Part shown: positions 40,365-49,415 of the stretch, in pieces | Position numbering within the stretch: the stretch's first letter is position 1 | Layout of the letters: each line of letters opens with the position of its first letter | NCBI GenBank assembly: GCA_963730935.1 | Contig: CAVSTP010000004.1 | Span: 544,001 to 608,000 of the forward strand | Reading direction: 5' to 3' | Source of the DNA: an uncultured Nitrospiraceae bacterium | GTDB lineage: Bacteria; Nitrospirota; Nitrospiria; Nitrospirales; Nitrospiraceae | DNA length: 64,000 nt | Program-made: the position numbers and the translations under genes | The notes under the pieces: generated by a model | What the model saw: the letters and a program-made list of their open reading frames with translations, nothing else | The model's database searches: none | What the model was told of the DNA's origin: nothing

Positions 40365-40380
40365 TGGTACGAAACTCGCA
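40365..40380 (+). promoter_or_regulatory. Candidate sigma54 promoter
   Basis: TGGTACGAAACTCGCA versus consensus TGGCACG-N4-TTGCA; 24 nt upstream of ATG 40405. Confidence 0.45.
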
Positions 40381-40404
40381 GGTTGAAGGCCCTGAGCTGC
40401 GGGA

Positions 40405-41703
40405 ATGCTGTATCGCCTGCTACAACCGCTCTTGACGTTCGTGTTTCCAGGTGGGCTGCTCCTCCTGGCCGCCCTTGGTTTCCTACGTCCGCAAGGGCTG
40501 CCTGTGTGGTGCCAGGGTCCCGTCGCAGCGCTGCCCTACCTCGCGTTGACGTTCGGTCTCGTGTTCGGCTGGTACTTTGCCAACACACGGATGCTGCTTT
40601 CGCTTCTCAGCCTGACCTTTGCGAGCCAAGCCCTGGCCACATGGCCGCTTGAGAATAACCACGCATCGGTCTCGCACACGATCTTTGCTGCGGCAACGTT
40701 CCTTCTGCCTCTCAATTTCCTGGCGTTCTCAATCCTCAAGGAAGAGGCGATCGGCAGCCTCCAGGGAGCCGTACGCGTGCTGCTCTTTCTGCTTCAGCCC
40801 TTCGTTGTGCTGTGGCTCTGCGATCCGACGAACCAGGACATGGCCTTGGCGCTTCAGACGGATTACCTTCCCGACTGGTCGGCGTCTTGGACCCCGGTTC
40901 CTCAAGCAGCCCTGTTGGTTTTTCTCATCTCCGGCGTGATGCACCTCGTACGATTTGTCCTTCGTCGGCATCCGATGGATGCAGGGGCAACGTGGGCATT
41001 GGCCGCTATATTTCTCGCGTACCATGGCACGCAGTTCGGGTGGCGGCCGACGAATTTCTTCGCGACCGCCGGGCTCATCTTGTTCTTGTCCCTTGTGCAG
41101 GCGTCCTATCAGCAAACCTACCGTGACGCACTGACCGGGATCCCGGGGCGAATAGCGTACGAGGAAGCGACGGCCCAGCTGGGCAGAAAGTTTGCCATGG
41201 CGGTGTTGGCCATCGATCAACTGAAAACATATGCCGGGACTCACGGTAAACCAGTCGTCGAACAAATCCTCAAGCTGGCCGCGACCAAAGTACAGGCCGC
41301 CTGTCGAGCGGGCCGCGTGTTCCGCGTGAGCGGAGAGGAACTTACCTTGCTGTTTCCCCGTCAGTCGGCAGTGGAAGCGCTCGTAGAGTTGGAGAACATC
41401 AGGAAGAGTGTGGAGTCGACCTCCCTGTATCTTCGCGACGGTCAGCGGCTCTGGGACAACACTCGGGGCGCCGCTTCGCCGGGTCGGAATGACCAGGAAC
41501 TTTCGATGACGGCCAGCATCGGGGTGGCGGACACCGCCGCCGAGGGGGCCACACTCAGCATGGTGATCAAGGCGGCGTATCGTGCGCTCTACGAGGCCAA
41601 GGCCGGAGGCGGAAATACCCTGAAGCGCGGGGCGATTACAGCGGAATCATTCCGGCGGTCAGCGAAGTACCCCGCGGCTGTCAACACCGGCACCGAATGC
41701 TGA
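40405..41703 (+). CDS. Multi-TM membrane protein with a degenerate GGDEF domain
   Basis: About 8 TM helices; DALTGIPGR, AIDQLK, RVSGEEL, TASIGVA, ALYEAK.GG.N. Confidence 0.85.
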   Translation: MLYRLLQPLLTFVFPGGLLLLAALGFLRPQGLPVWCQGPVAALPYLALTFGLVFGWYFANTRMLLSLLSLTFASQALATWPLENNHASVSHTIFAAATFLLPLNFLAFSILKEEAIGSLQGAVRVLLFLLQPFVVLWLCDPTNQDMALALQTDYLPDWSASWTPVPQAALLVFLISGVMHLVRFVLRRHPMDAGATWALAAIFLAYHGTQFGWRPTNFFATAGLILFLSLVQASYQQTYRDALTGIPGRIAYEEATAQLGRKFAMAVLAIDQLKTYAGTHGKPVVEQILKLAATKVQAACRAGRVFRVSGEELTLLFPRQSAVEALVELENIRKSVESTSLYLRDGQRLWDNTRGAASPGRNDQELSMTASIGVADTAAEGATLSMVIKAAYRALYEAKAGGGNTLKRGAITAESFRRSAKYPAAVNTGTEC

Positions 41704-41709
41704 CGGCTC

Positions 41710-42060
41710 TCACCTCAGATTCTTCACTCGGTCAGCCGGCCTGGCCAGCCAGGCCTTTTCGCCCTTCTCGACAATCGGACGTTGAATTAAATCCGGATGT
41801 TCAACCATCAGGTCGATCAAGGCGTCGTCCGGCAGTGTGGTCTTCGCAAGGTTCATTTCCTTATAGAGATCTTCTTTGGTTCTGAGGATCTCGCGCGGTG
41901 ACAATCCAGCCTTCTTCAACAGCGCTTTCAGCTGCGACTTTGTAAACCGCTCCTCGTAATAATTGACGACGGTGAACGGCGTGCCGCTTTCTTTGAGCAA
42001 TTGCACCGCCTGCCGGCACGTGGAACACGTCGGTTTCTGATAGATGGTCAGCTTAGACAT
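41710..42060 (-). CDS. ArsC/Spx-family protein
   Basis: IYQKPTCSTCR, HPDLIQRPI; AAGGAG RBS. Confidence 0.88.
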   Translation of the reverse strand: MSKLTIYQKPTCSTCRQAVQLLKESGTPFTVVNYYEERFTKSQLKALLKKAGLSPREILRTKEDLYKEMNLAKTTLPDDALIDLMVEHPDLIQRPIVEKGEKAWLARPADRVKNLR

Positions 42061-42158
42061 GCAAGACTCCTTTGCGCCCGGAAGAATTGATCGCTTGACG
42101 TCATTTTTTTTCCTATGGTACAGGTTGCCATCAGTCACACTCACGGCCTGTGCCCACG

Positions 42159-42527
42159 ATGCCAACGGTAGGAACAAGTTCCAGCGGCCACTTCTCTTGT
42201 GTCAGCGCCACGCAGCACTCCCTGCGCGATCTCGGCACGAAGCGAAAGGGCCAACCGGTGTTCGTGGTTGGCCACGTGCTAGAGCGCAAGGGACAGGAAG
42301 CCACGTTCGAGGTGTTCAACGATCGGCTCGCCGTCGTGAAATTTGCCGACGGAGTGGCCATCGGATATGACCCCTACGAATTACTCCTTCCCACAGACAT
42401 CGATCCGGACGGAACCGCCTATTTTGAAATCCGTCCTTGTGCCCAATGCCAACAACTCTTTCCGCTGACGTCCGACGAATGCGAATCAGACACGGAGCCG
42501 ACGACCTGCCCGGAATGCCGCGGCTGA
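42159..42527 (+). CDS. Hypothetical protein with a C-terminal CxxC...CxxC zinc ribbon
   Basis: CAQC and CPEC; protein-like composition. Confidence 0.6.
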   Translation: MPTVGTSSSGHFSCVSATQHSLRDLGTKRKGQPVFVVGHVLERKGQEATFEVFNDRLAVVKFADGVAIGYDPYELLLPTDIDPDGTAYFEIRPCAQCQQLFPLTSDECESDTEPTTCPECRG

Positions 42528-42554
42528 GCGCCTACAGAGCACTGCCCGCTGATG

Positions 42555-42938
42555 TCAGTCAACGAGCGGTGCCACTTCGATCGCTTTCTTGATCAGGCAA
42601 TCGCCTGCAAACGACTGCAGCGACATGGGAAGCATGCTCGCGTCGATAATCCGGACGGTGACGACGCGATAGCCCTCCGGTGCTTTCGTACCTTCCACGC
42701 GCATCGCGTGGCAGATTTCCAGTTTTTTCCAGATCAGATTGTTCAGGATGGCGTCGGAGGCAAGGAGTTTGGTATCCGTGGCCACGTCATTGACGGAGGC
42801 TTTGACCGCAACGCGAGATTTGTCCTTCGGTACTTCACTAACGACGGCAAAAATGAGCAGCTCATCCTCTGCATGCCCCGCCAAGGCCGCTCCAATGACG
42901 AACGCCAGCATGACTGCCACCCCACAAACCCCTTTCAT
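42555..42938 (-). CDS. Exported hypothetical protein
   Basis: Signal peptide MKGVCGVAVMLAFVIGAALAGHA; two Cys in the mature part. Confidence 0.65.
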   Translation of the reverse strand: MKGVCGVAVMLAFVIGAALAGHAEDELLIFAVVSEVPKDKSRVAVKASVNDVATDTKLLASDAILNNLIWKKLEICHAMRVEGTKAPEGYRVVTVRIIDASMLPMSLQSFAGDCLIKKAIEVAPLVD

Positions 42939-43286
42939 GCCTGTCCTCGCCTCATCCTTCTCCAGAAAGTGCGATGCGGCTCTCCGATCGGCGGCGACTG
43001 CTATCAAACTGGTCCAGGTCCGCCATGAATGAGCATACTGGTTTCCGGGGGAATCGGCGACCGTGAGGGAGCACTGGCGTTCGAAGTCCACAGCGGGACG
43101 GCCATCGGGATGAGAAGTCCGGTGTCAATGAGAAACGGTAGAACGCGTGTCATCGTGTGAGGCGAACCCATCCAGTATGCCAACCGGGTCAAACCATTTC
43201 AAGGTCGCGATCAAGGTCGCGATGAGATCTCGCCAAACGCTTGCTTCGCTCGTGGGAAGTAGGCAGAGTAGAGTGGGAGTTCGTTC

Positions 43287-44420
43287 ATGCCGCACGATTT
43301 CATGCCGGGCCTTGCCGGAATTCCTGCCGCCAAATCTGCCGTCAGCGACGTGGACGGGGAACGTGGTGTCCTTGAATATCGCGGCATCCGCGTGGAAGAG
43401 CTGTGCAAGCGCTCCTCATACCTGGAAACCGCATACCTTCTTCTCTTCGGCCATCTCCCAACCCGCTCCGCACTCACGAGATGGGAGCAAGATATCGCTC
43501 ATCATCGCCGCCTGAAATATTCGATCATTGATCTCATGAAATGTCTCCCCGAGCAGGGCCATCCGATGGATGCCCTGCAAGCGGCAGTGGCTGCGCTGGG
43601 GATGTTCTATCCGGGCCGCAATGTCAAAGATATGGAGAACAATTACTGGTCGGCGGTGCGGTTGATCGCCAAACTTCCCACGATCGTCGCGGCCTGGGCG
43701 AGACTCCGTCGCGGGGATGATACCATTGTCCCGCGAGACGAGCTGGGCTTCAGTGAAAATTTTTTCTACATGCTGACCGAAACGACGGCGCATCCCCTGT
43801 GGGTCGACATTTTCGACGATTGCCTCATCCTGCACGCCGAGCACACGATGAATGCGTCGACCTTTACAGGTCTCGTGACGGCCTCCACGCTGGCCGACCC
43901 GTACACGGTCGTCGCGTCGTCGATCGGCGCGCTGAAGGGGCCATTGCACGGGGGCGCGAACGAAGAAGTCGTCGAGATGCTCAAGAAGATCGGGACGGCG
44001 GATCGGGCAGCGCCCTATGTGGAAGAGCAGCTACGCAACAAACGCAAGCTTATGGGGTTTGGACACCGTGTCTATAAAGTGAAAGACCCGCGCGCGACAA
44101 TCTTACAGGGCCTGTGTGAAAGCCTCTTCAAAACCTGCGGCACCTCCCAACTGTACGACATCGCGCTGCGCGTTGAACGGAAGGCGGGCGAATTGTTCGA
44201 GGGAAAAACAGTCTATCCCAATGTGGATTTCTACTCGGGGATTATCTACGAGAAGATGGGCATCGATACGGATCTCTTTACACCGATATTTGCCATGGCG
44301 CGAGTCTCCGGCTGGCTCGCCCACTGGCTGGAGCAGCTCAGGGAAAACAAACTCTTTCGCCCCGACCAGATTTATGCAGGCGATCATGACCGCCCCTATG
44401 TTCCTCTCGACCAGCGCTAG
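43287..44420 (+). CDS. gltA: Citrate synthase
   Basis: LHAEH..NAST, GPLHGGANE, MGFGHRVYK.KDPR, YPNVDFYSG. Confidence 0.95.
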   Translation: MPHDFMPGLAGIPAAKSAVSDVDGERGVLEYRGIRVEELCKRSSYLETAYLLLFGHLPTRSALTRWEQDIAHHRRLKYSIIDLMKCLPEQGHPMDALQAAVAALGMFYPGRNVKDMENNYWSAVRLIAKLPTIVAAWARLRRGDDTIVPRDELGFSENFFYMLTETTAHPLWVDIFDDCLILHAEHTMNASTFTGLVTASTLADPYTVVASSIGALKGPLHGGANEEVVEMLKKIGTADRAAPYVEEQLRNKRKLMGFGHRVYKVKDPRATILQGLCESLFKTCGTSQLYDIALRVERKAGELFEGKTVYPNVDFYSGIIYEKMGIDTDLFTPIFAMARVSGWLAHWLEQLRENKLFRPDQIYAGDHDRPYVPLDQR

Positions 44421-44557
44421 CTCGTAGAACCCTTGCACGCCTTTCCCCCTTGACTCGCCGGTGAAAAGGATTACCTCCCAGTCCTGAGAGCGCTCTCGAC
44501 GCCGCGTCAACGCAGACAAAAAGGAAGAAGTTCGTTTTTATATGAAGGAGGTCGATT

Positions 44558-45004
44558 ATGACGCTCGTACGTTGGGATCCATTTCGTGAACTCGAAGATA
44601 TGTCAGAACGGTTGAATCGCGTTTTCTCTCGTCCAGCCTTGCGCACCAGCGGGAAGGAAAATCTCACGGTTGCCGACTGGATGCCGACCGTTGATATCAG
44701 CGAAACAGAAGGGGAGTACCTCATCAAGGCGGAGCTGCCCGAAGTGCGGAAAGAGGACGTCAAAGTCACCGTGGAGAACGGGGTGCTCACGCTCCAGGGA
44801 GAACGTCGACAGGAGAAGGAGGAAAAGGGCAAAAGGTTCCACCGCGTGGAACGCTCTTACGGAAGCTTCGTCCGGAGTTTCACGCTGCCGGAATCGGTCG
44901 ATGAGAGTGGCGTCAAAGCCGAGTACAAAGACGGCGTGTTGAATCTCCACCTTCCGAAGTCGGAAAAAGTGAAGCCGAAAGCGATCGACGTGAAAGTCGC
45001 CTAA
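44558..45004 (+). CDS. Hsp20 small heat-shock protein
   Basis: WDPFREL, ERSYGSF.RSFTLP, YKDGVL...LPK; AAGGAGG RBS. Confidence 0.95.
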   Translation: MTLVRWDPFRELEDMSERLNRVFSRPALRTSGKENLTVADWMPTVDISETEGEYLIKAELPEVRKEDVKVTVENGVLTLQGERRQEKEEKGKRFHRVERSYGSFVRSFTLPESVDESGVKAEYKDGVLNLHLPKSEKVKPKAIDVKVA

Positions 45005-45028
45005 TCACCCCTCTCATCGGACCCACCT

Positions 45029-45055
45029 GAAGGCCCGCCTCGGCGGGCCTTCTTG
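45029..45055 (+). terminator. Stem-loop terminator after hsp20
   Basis: GAAGGCCCGCC-tc-GGCGGGCCTTC between convergent genes. Confidence 0.7.
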
Positions 45056-45070
45056 CAGCTTGCGGCCCCG

Positions 45071-45307
45071 TTATTCTACCCGGCGCTCGAGCATGATCAG
45101 TTCCCAACAGTCCTCGTCCAGCTCTAGCCGCAAGACGTACCGTTGACCGTCGCTGGCGGTGACCCGGAAATAGCTGTGCGTGTCGCTGTACCAGCGATCC
45201 ACGACGTGTTGCACGTGCAGTGTCTTGCCCTCTAGGGTAAACGAGCGGGGAGTCTTTTCGCCTTTATACCCAGAAAAGGCGTCGACGATGAGGTGCGGGC
45301 CGTCCAT
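45071..45307 (-). CDS. Small conserved hypothetical protein
   Basis: SGYKGEKTPRSF...V..VVDRWY....YFRV...DG..Y.LR......WEL pattern. Confidence 0.65.
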   Translation of the reverse strand: MDGPHLIVDAFSGYKGEKTPRSFTLEGKTLHVQHVVDRWYSDTHSYFRVTASDGQRYVLRLELDEDCWELIMLERRVE

Positions 45308-45391
45308 CACACTCACCCTTGTGGAAGCAGGTGGCCTGAGTTTATCATGGCGCCCGCACCAGAATAGCCCTTCACGCATGGAGCCGCCCGC

Positions 45392-46831
45392 ATGAAGACA
45401 CATTCCGAGCACCCGGCACCCGCCGACACCAGAACTGAGCGCGACACGATGGGAGAGTTGGCCGTCCCGGCCAATGCCTACTATGGAGTGCAGACGGCGC
45501 GCGCGATCGAGAATTTTCCGATCAGTTCACTACGAATGCCACGGTCCATGATCAGGGCCATGGGTCTCATTAAGCGAGCTGCCGCCGCCGTGAATCAATC
45601 CCTCGGGTTGCTGGCACAGCAACCGGCTGATGCCATCAAGCAGGCGGCAACCGAGGTCATGGAGGGGAAGTTCGACGCGGAGTTTCCCATCGATGTGTTC
45701 CAAACCGGCTCGGGTACATCAACGAACATGAACACCAATGAAGTCATCTCGAACCGGGCCACCGAATTGTTAGGAGGGACTCGAGGCAGCAAGCTCGTGC
45801 ATCCAAACGATCACGTCAATCTCGGCCAATCCAGCAACGACGTGATTCCCACCGCGATCCATATTGCCGCCTCGGAAACGATCCAACATCAACTCCTGCC
45901 CGCCTTGACCCGTTTGCATCGGGCGCTTGCCAAGAAGGCCAAGGACTTCGACGCGATCGTCAAAATCGGCCGCACCCACCTACAAGACGCCACACCCGTC
46001 CGCCTGGGTCAGGAATTCAGCGGCTATGCCCGACAAATCGAGTTAGGCATCGCACGGATGAAGCGGGCGCAGGATGCCTTGAGCGAAGTCGCATTGGGCG
46101 GGACGGCGGTCGGCACGGGTTTGAACTGCCATGTGGAGTTCTCGTGCAAGGTGATGGCGGCGATCTCGCAGGAAACCGGCTGTTCCTTCAGGGAAGCGAC
46201 AAACCATTTTGAAGCGCAGTCAACGCAAGATTCACTGGTTGAGGCGAGCGGGGAGCTGCGAACCCTCGCCGTGAGTCTGATGAAAATCGCCAATGATATT
46301 CGGTGGCTGGGATCCGGTCCTCGTTGCGGACTTGGGGAGATTCAGTTGCCCGAGACTCAACCGGGGTCGTCCATCATGCCCGGAAAGGTCAATCCCGTCA
46401 TTGCCGAGTCGGTGACCATGGTTTGCGCGCAAGTCATTGGGAATGATGTGACAGTGACGATCGGCGGCCAAGCGGGGAACTTTGAGTTGATCGTGATGCT
46501 TCCCGTCATGGCCTACAACCTTTTGCAATCGATCGAGCTACTGGCAACGGCCTCCGACAATTTCGCCGCCAAGTGCATTGAGGGGATTGTGGCGAACAAG
46601 GAACGCTGCCAGAGCCTTATCGAACTGAGTCTCGCCATGTGCACCGCGCTGGCCCCTGAAATCGGATATGAAGCCGCCGCCAAGCTGGCAAAGGAGGCCT
46701 ACCGGTCAGGGAAGACCGTGCGGGAGGTGGCCAAGGAACAAAAAGTGCTGCCGGATAAACAGCTTGATGAACTGTTGGATCCTTGGCGGATGACCGAACC
46801 GGGCGGACCCGTCGGAAGCGCTGGAGGGTAA
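45392..46831 (+). CDS. fumC: Class II fumarate hydratase
   Basis: QTGSGT, HPNDHVN, GRTHLQDA, GSSIMPGKVNP. Confidence 0.95.
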   Translation: MKTHSEHPAPADTRTERDTMGELAVPANAYYGVQTARAIENFPISSLRMPRSMIRAMGLIKRAAAAVNQSLGLLAQQPADAIKQAATEVMEGKFDAEFPIDVFQTGSGTSTNMNTNEVISNRATELLGGTRGSKLVHPNDHVNLGQSSNDVIPTAIHIAASETIQHQLLPALTRLHRALAKKAKDFDAIVKIGRTHLQDATPVRLGQEFSGYARQIELGIARMKRAQDALSEVALGGTAVGTGLNCHVEFSCKVMAAISQETGCSFREATNHFEAQSTQDSLVEASGELRTLAVSLMKIANDIRWLGSGPRCGLGEIQLPETQPGSSIMPGKVNPVIAESVTMVCAQVIGNDVTVTIGGQAGNFELIVMLPVMAYNLLQSIELLATASDNFAAKCIEGIVANKERCQSLIELSLAMCTALAPEIGYEAAAKLAKEAYRSGKTVREVAKEQKVLPDKQLDELLDPWRMTEPGGPVGSAGG

Positions 46832-46849
46832 CCCTCAGAGGTTCTCGTT

Positions 46850-46879
46850 TTGACAGTATCGAAACGGCTATGCTAAAGT
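46850..46879 (+). promoter_or_regulatory. Sigma70-like promoter
   Basis: TTGACA-N18-TAAAGT with an extended -10 TG. Confidence 0.45.
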
Positions 46880-46931
46880 CCGCGGAACTGTTGGGATTCT
46901 AGACACTTTCCACCCCGAGATCAGGAATCGA

Positions 46932-48284
46932 ATGAGCGCACAGGGGAAGCATGTCGTTGTTGTGGCCGGCGCGGGCCCTGCCGGCATGGCAGTAGCCGCC
47001 GCGTTAGGAAAGGCAGGCCACGAAGTCATCATTCTCAACCGCGATATCAAATTCGGCGGGCTCGCTGAATATGGCATCTTCCCCAGCAAGCTCAAATTGC
47101 GCGGAGGGCTCAGAAAGCAATACTGGGAACTCCTCGAACAGCCGCATGTCCATTATTTCGGGAACGTCTCCATCGGCAAGGGCAAAGATTTGACGGTGGA
47201 GGACGTTCGTGCGCTGGGAGCGAGCGCAATCGTCTTTTCGATCGGCGCACAGGGGACGAAAGCCATTGGTGTGGAGGGTGACTCGGCGAAGGGCGTGTTT
47301 CACGCCAAGGACGTGGTTTACCACTTCAACCGGTTACCCGGATTCGGCGACCGTCCCTTTGAGATGGGCAAACATGTGGCGGTCATCGGCGCCGGCGACG
47401 TCATGGTCGACATTGCTCACTGGCTGACCCGATATAAAAAAGTCGAGCGCGTCACGGCTATCGTGCGACGTGGTCCGGCGGAACGGAAATACAACCCGAA
47501 GGAAATTCGCGCCGTCTGTGCGAACATGGATCTGGACGGCATCAAGAAAGAATTCGATCGGATAAAAGATCGCCTGGTGGCAGTCGGACAGAACGCCGAT
47601 GAGATTCTAAAGGGACTGCTGGAGGAGTTTACGAAATGTGAACCCACGGCCAGCCAGACGAAAATGGGATTCAGATTTCTCGCATCACCCAAACGCATTC
47701 TTGTGGACGGCCACAACCAGGTTCGCGCCTTGGAAATGGAAGAGAACAAGCTCGAACCCAAAGGGGAGGATACTGCCGCCGTCGGACTCAAACACTTTTA
47801 TGAGTTCCCCTGCGACTCGGTGGTCTTCGCCGTCGGGGACAAAGTGGACGAGACAGTCGGCCTCCCTTATAAAGGGGGGGTCTATGTGACCAGTCCCAAC
47901 AAGACAGGCAATGATCCGGATGACGCCTTGTTTCAGGCCTATGACGAAGCGAGCGGAAAAATTGTGGACGGGGTGTTTCTGGCCGGATGGGCAAGGAAGG
48001 CCAGCGAAGGACTGGTCGGTGTGGCCAAACGCGATGGTGATTGGTGCGCAGAAGTCGTACTGCGCTACCTGGCAACCAAACCATTGGGCAATCCAGCCAA
48101 GTCAGTGCTCGAGAAACTCCACACGCTCTTAAAAGAACGCAAGAGCCGCCCCGTTGATGTGAAGGGACTTCGTGCCCTCGAAACTGCGGAGAAGGGTCAC
48201 AAGGGGCCATCCGATTCTATCGGGGAATTTAAGTACGTGACCAACCAGGAAATGCTCGCCTTGATCGAACGGGTGAAAGCCTAA
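46932..48284 (+). CDS. FAD/NAD(P)-dependent oxidoreductase (ferredoxin-NADP+ reductase-like)
   Basis: GAGPAG, GGL.EYGI, IGAGDV..D, VRRGP, AGWARK..G.VG. Confidence 0.8.
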   Translation: MSAQGKHVVVVAGAGPAGMAVAAALGKAGHEVIILNRDIKFGGLAEYGIFPSKLKLRGGLRKQYWELLEQPHVHYFGNVSIGKGKDLTVEDVRALGASAIVFSIGAQGTKAIGVEGDSAKGVFHAKDVVYHFNRLPGFGDRPFEMGKHVAVIGAGDVMVDIAHWLTRYKKVERVTAIVRRGPAERKYNPKEIRAVCANMDLDGIKKEFDRIKDRLVAVGQNADEILKGLLEEFTKCEPTASQTKMGFRFLASPKRILVDGHNQVRALEMEENKLEPKGEDTAAVGLKHFYEFPCDSVVFAVGDKVDETVGLPYKGGVYVTSPNKTGNDPDDALFQAYDEASGKIVDGVFLAGWARKASEGLVGVAKRDGDWCAEVVLRYLATKPLGNPAKSVLEKLHTLLKERKSRPVDVKGLRALETAEKGHKGPSDSIGEFKYVTNQEMLALIERVKA

Positions 48285-48302
48285 CCTTCCGGCATTCGCG
48301 CA

Positions 48303-49163
48303 CTATCCATCTCCCCACTTCAGTTTCTCCCGTAGCACAGCGTAGTAGCTGCTCTCGGGAAACCGAATCAATCGCGTCCGATGTTCGGAGACTCTCAACA
48401 GAACGGTATCGCCTTGTGTCAGTGCAACGCCCACTTGTCCGTCAAGCGTAGCCATCGCGCCTTCATCCTTGCTCGTCAGCGTCACCTCGATTTCCGTATC
48501 ATCGGGCACGATGAGCGGCCGATGTGTGAGCGTGTGGGGGCAGATGGGCGCTAAAATCAGCGACCGCACCGCGGGGCTGATGATGGGACCACCGGCCGAG
48601 AGCGAGTAGGCGGTCGACCCTGTTGGGGTGCTGACGATCAACCCGTCGCCACGCAAATTCGTGACAAACTGGCCTTGAATGGCGATCTTCAATTCAATCA
48701 TTCGGGCCAGGGTGCCCTTGCTGATCACGACATCGTTCAAGACGACGCCTTGTGCGACTGTCTCCCCATGACGATGGATGTGAGAGCTGATCATCAAGCG
48801 CTCGTCCAGCACGTATTCGTTCGCGAAGACACGTTCTAAGGACGGGTAGAGATTTTCGAGTCGGACTTCGGTAAGAAAACCGAGCCCGCCCATATTGACG
48901 CCGAGAATGGGAATGCCTCGTTCACCGGCCAACCGCGCAGCATTCAGCATTGTGCCGTCACCGCCAAGGATCAAGAGCACGTCCGCTTTCTGAGCCAGCT
49001 GCGTCTTCTGCACGCCGCCGCGCTCGTTCAGCAGCGTGGCCGACGTATTATCCAAGATCACATCGATCTTTCGGCCCCGCAGCCAGTTCACGACCGCGTG
49101 TACCGTTGCCTTGACTTCGGGGAATTTGGGCTTAGTTAATATTCCGATGCTTTTGCTTTTCAT
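48303..49163 (-). CDS. nadK: NAD kinase
   Basis: GGDGT, LND, GDGLIVSTPTGSTAYSLSAGGP. Confidence 0.95.
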   Translation of the reverse strand: MKSKSIGILTKPKFPEVKATVHAVVNWLRGRKIDVILDNTSATLLNERGGVQKTQLAQKADVLLILGGDGTMLNAARLAGERGIPILGVNMGGLGFLTEVRLENLYPSLERVFANEYVLDERLMISSHIHRHGETVAQGVVLNDVVISKGTLARMIELKIAIQGQFVTNLRGDGLIVSTPTGSTAYSLSAGGPIISPAVRSLILAPICPHTLTHRPLIVPDDTEIEVTLTSKDEGAMATLDGQVGVALTQGDTVLLRVSEHRTRLIRFPESSYYAVLREKLKWGDG

Positions 49164-49316
49164 GCGCCAGGCCTGAAAATCCAAAATCGATGATAAATCC
49201 GGCTAAAAGGTGCGGGATTCTATCGGGAGGGTAGGGTGAAGTCAACGAACCGCGTGCCGGCATGTAGTTGAATTGTGTACGAGCACATCTCATCGCCGAA
49301 CAATTTGCCAGCAACC

Positions 49317-49345
49317 TTGACACTCAAAAAGCTTCTAGTTAGAAT
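49317..49345 (+). promoter_or_regulatory. Near-consensus sigma70 promoter for the clpC operon
   Basis: TTGACA-N17-TAGAAT. Confidence 0.7.
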
Positions 49346-49415
49346 TAGGCCAGATATTTCGAAGGGTTTGCGCTAGTCGCCGTCAGTAAGTCCCCCACCA
49401 AATACAGGAGGCAGG

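Noticed and set aside
40218..40404. c-di-GMP riboswitch upstream of the GGDEF gene
   Set aside because: No GEMM-like conserved stems or tetraloop/receptor recognisable by eye.
44421..44557. CIRCE or ROSE element upstream of hsp20
   Set aside because: No TTAGCACTC-N9-GAGTGCTAA and no clear ROSE anti-SD motif.
49317..49343. CIRCE-like half site TTGACACTC upstream of clpC
   Set aside because: The second half site is missing; better explained as the -35 box.
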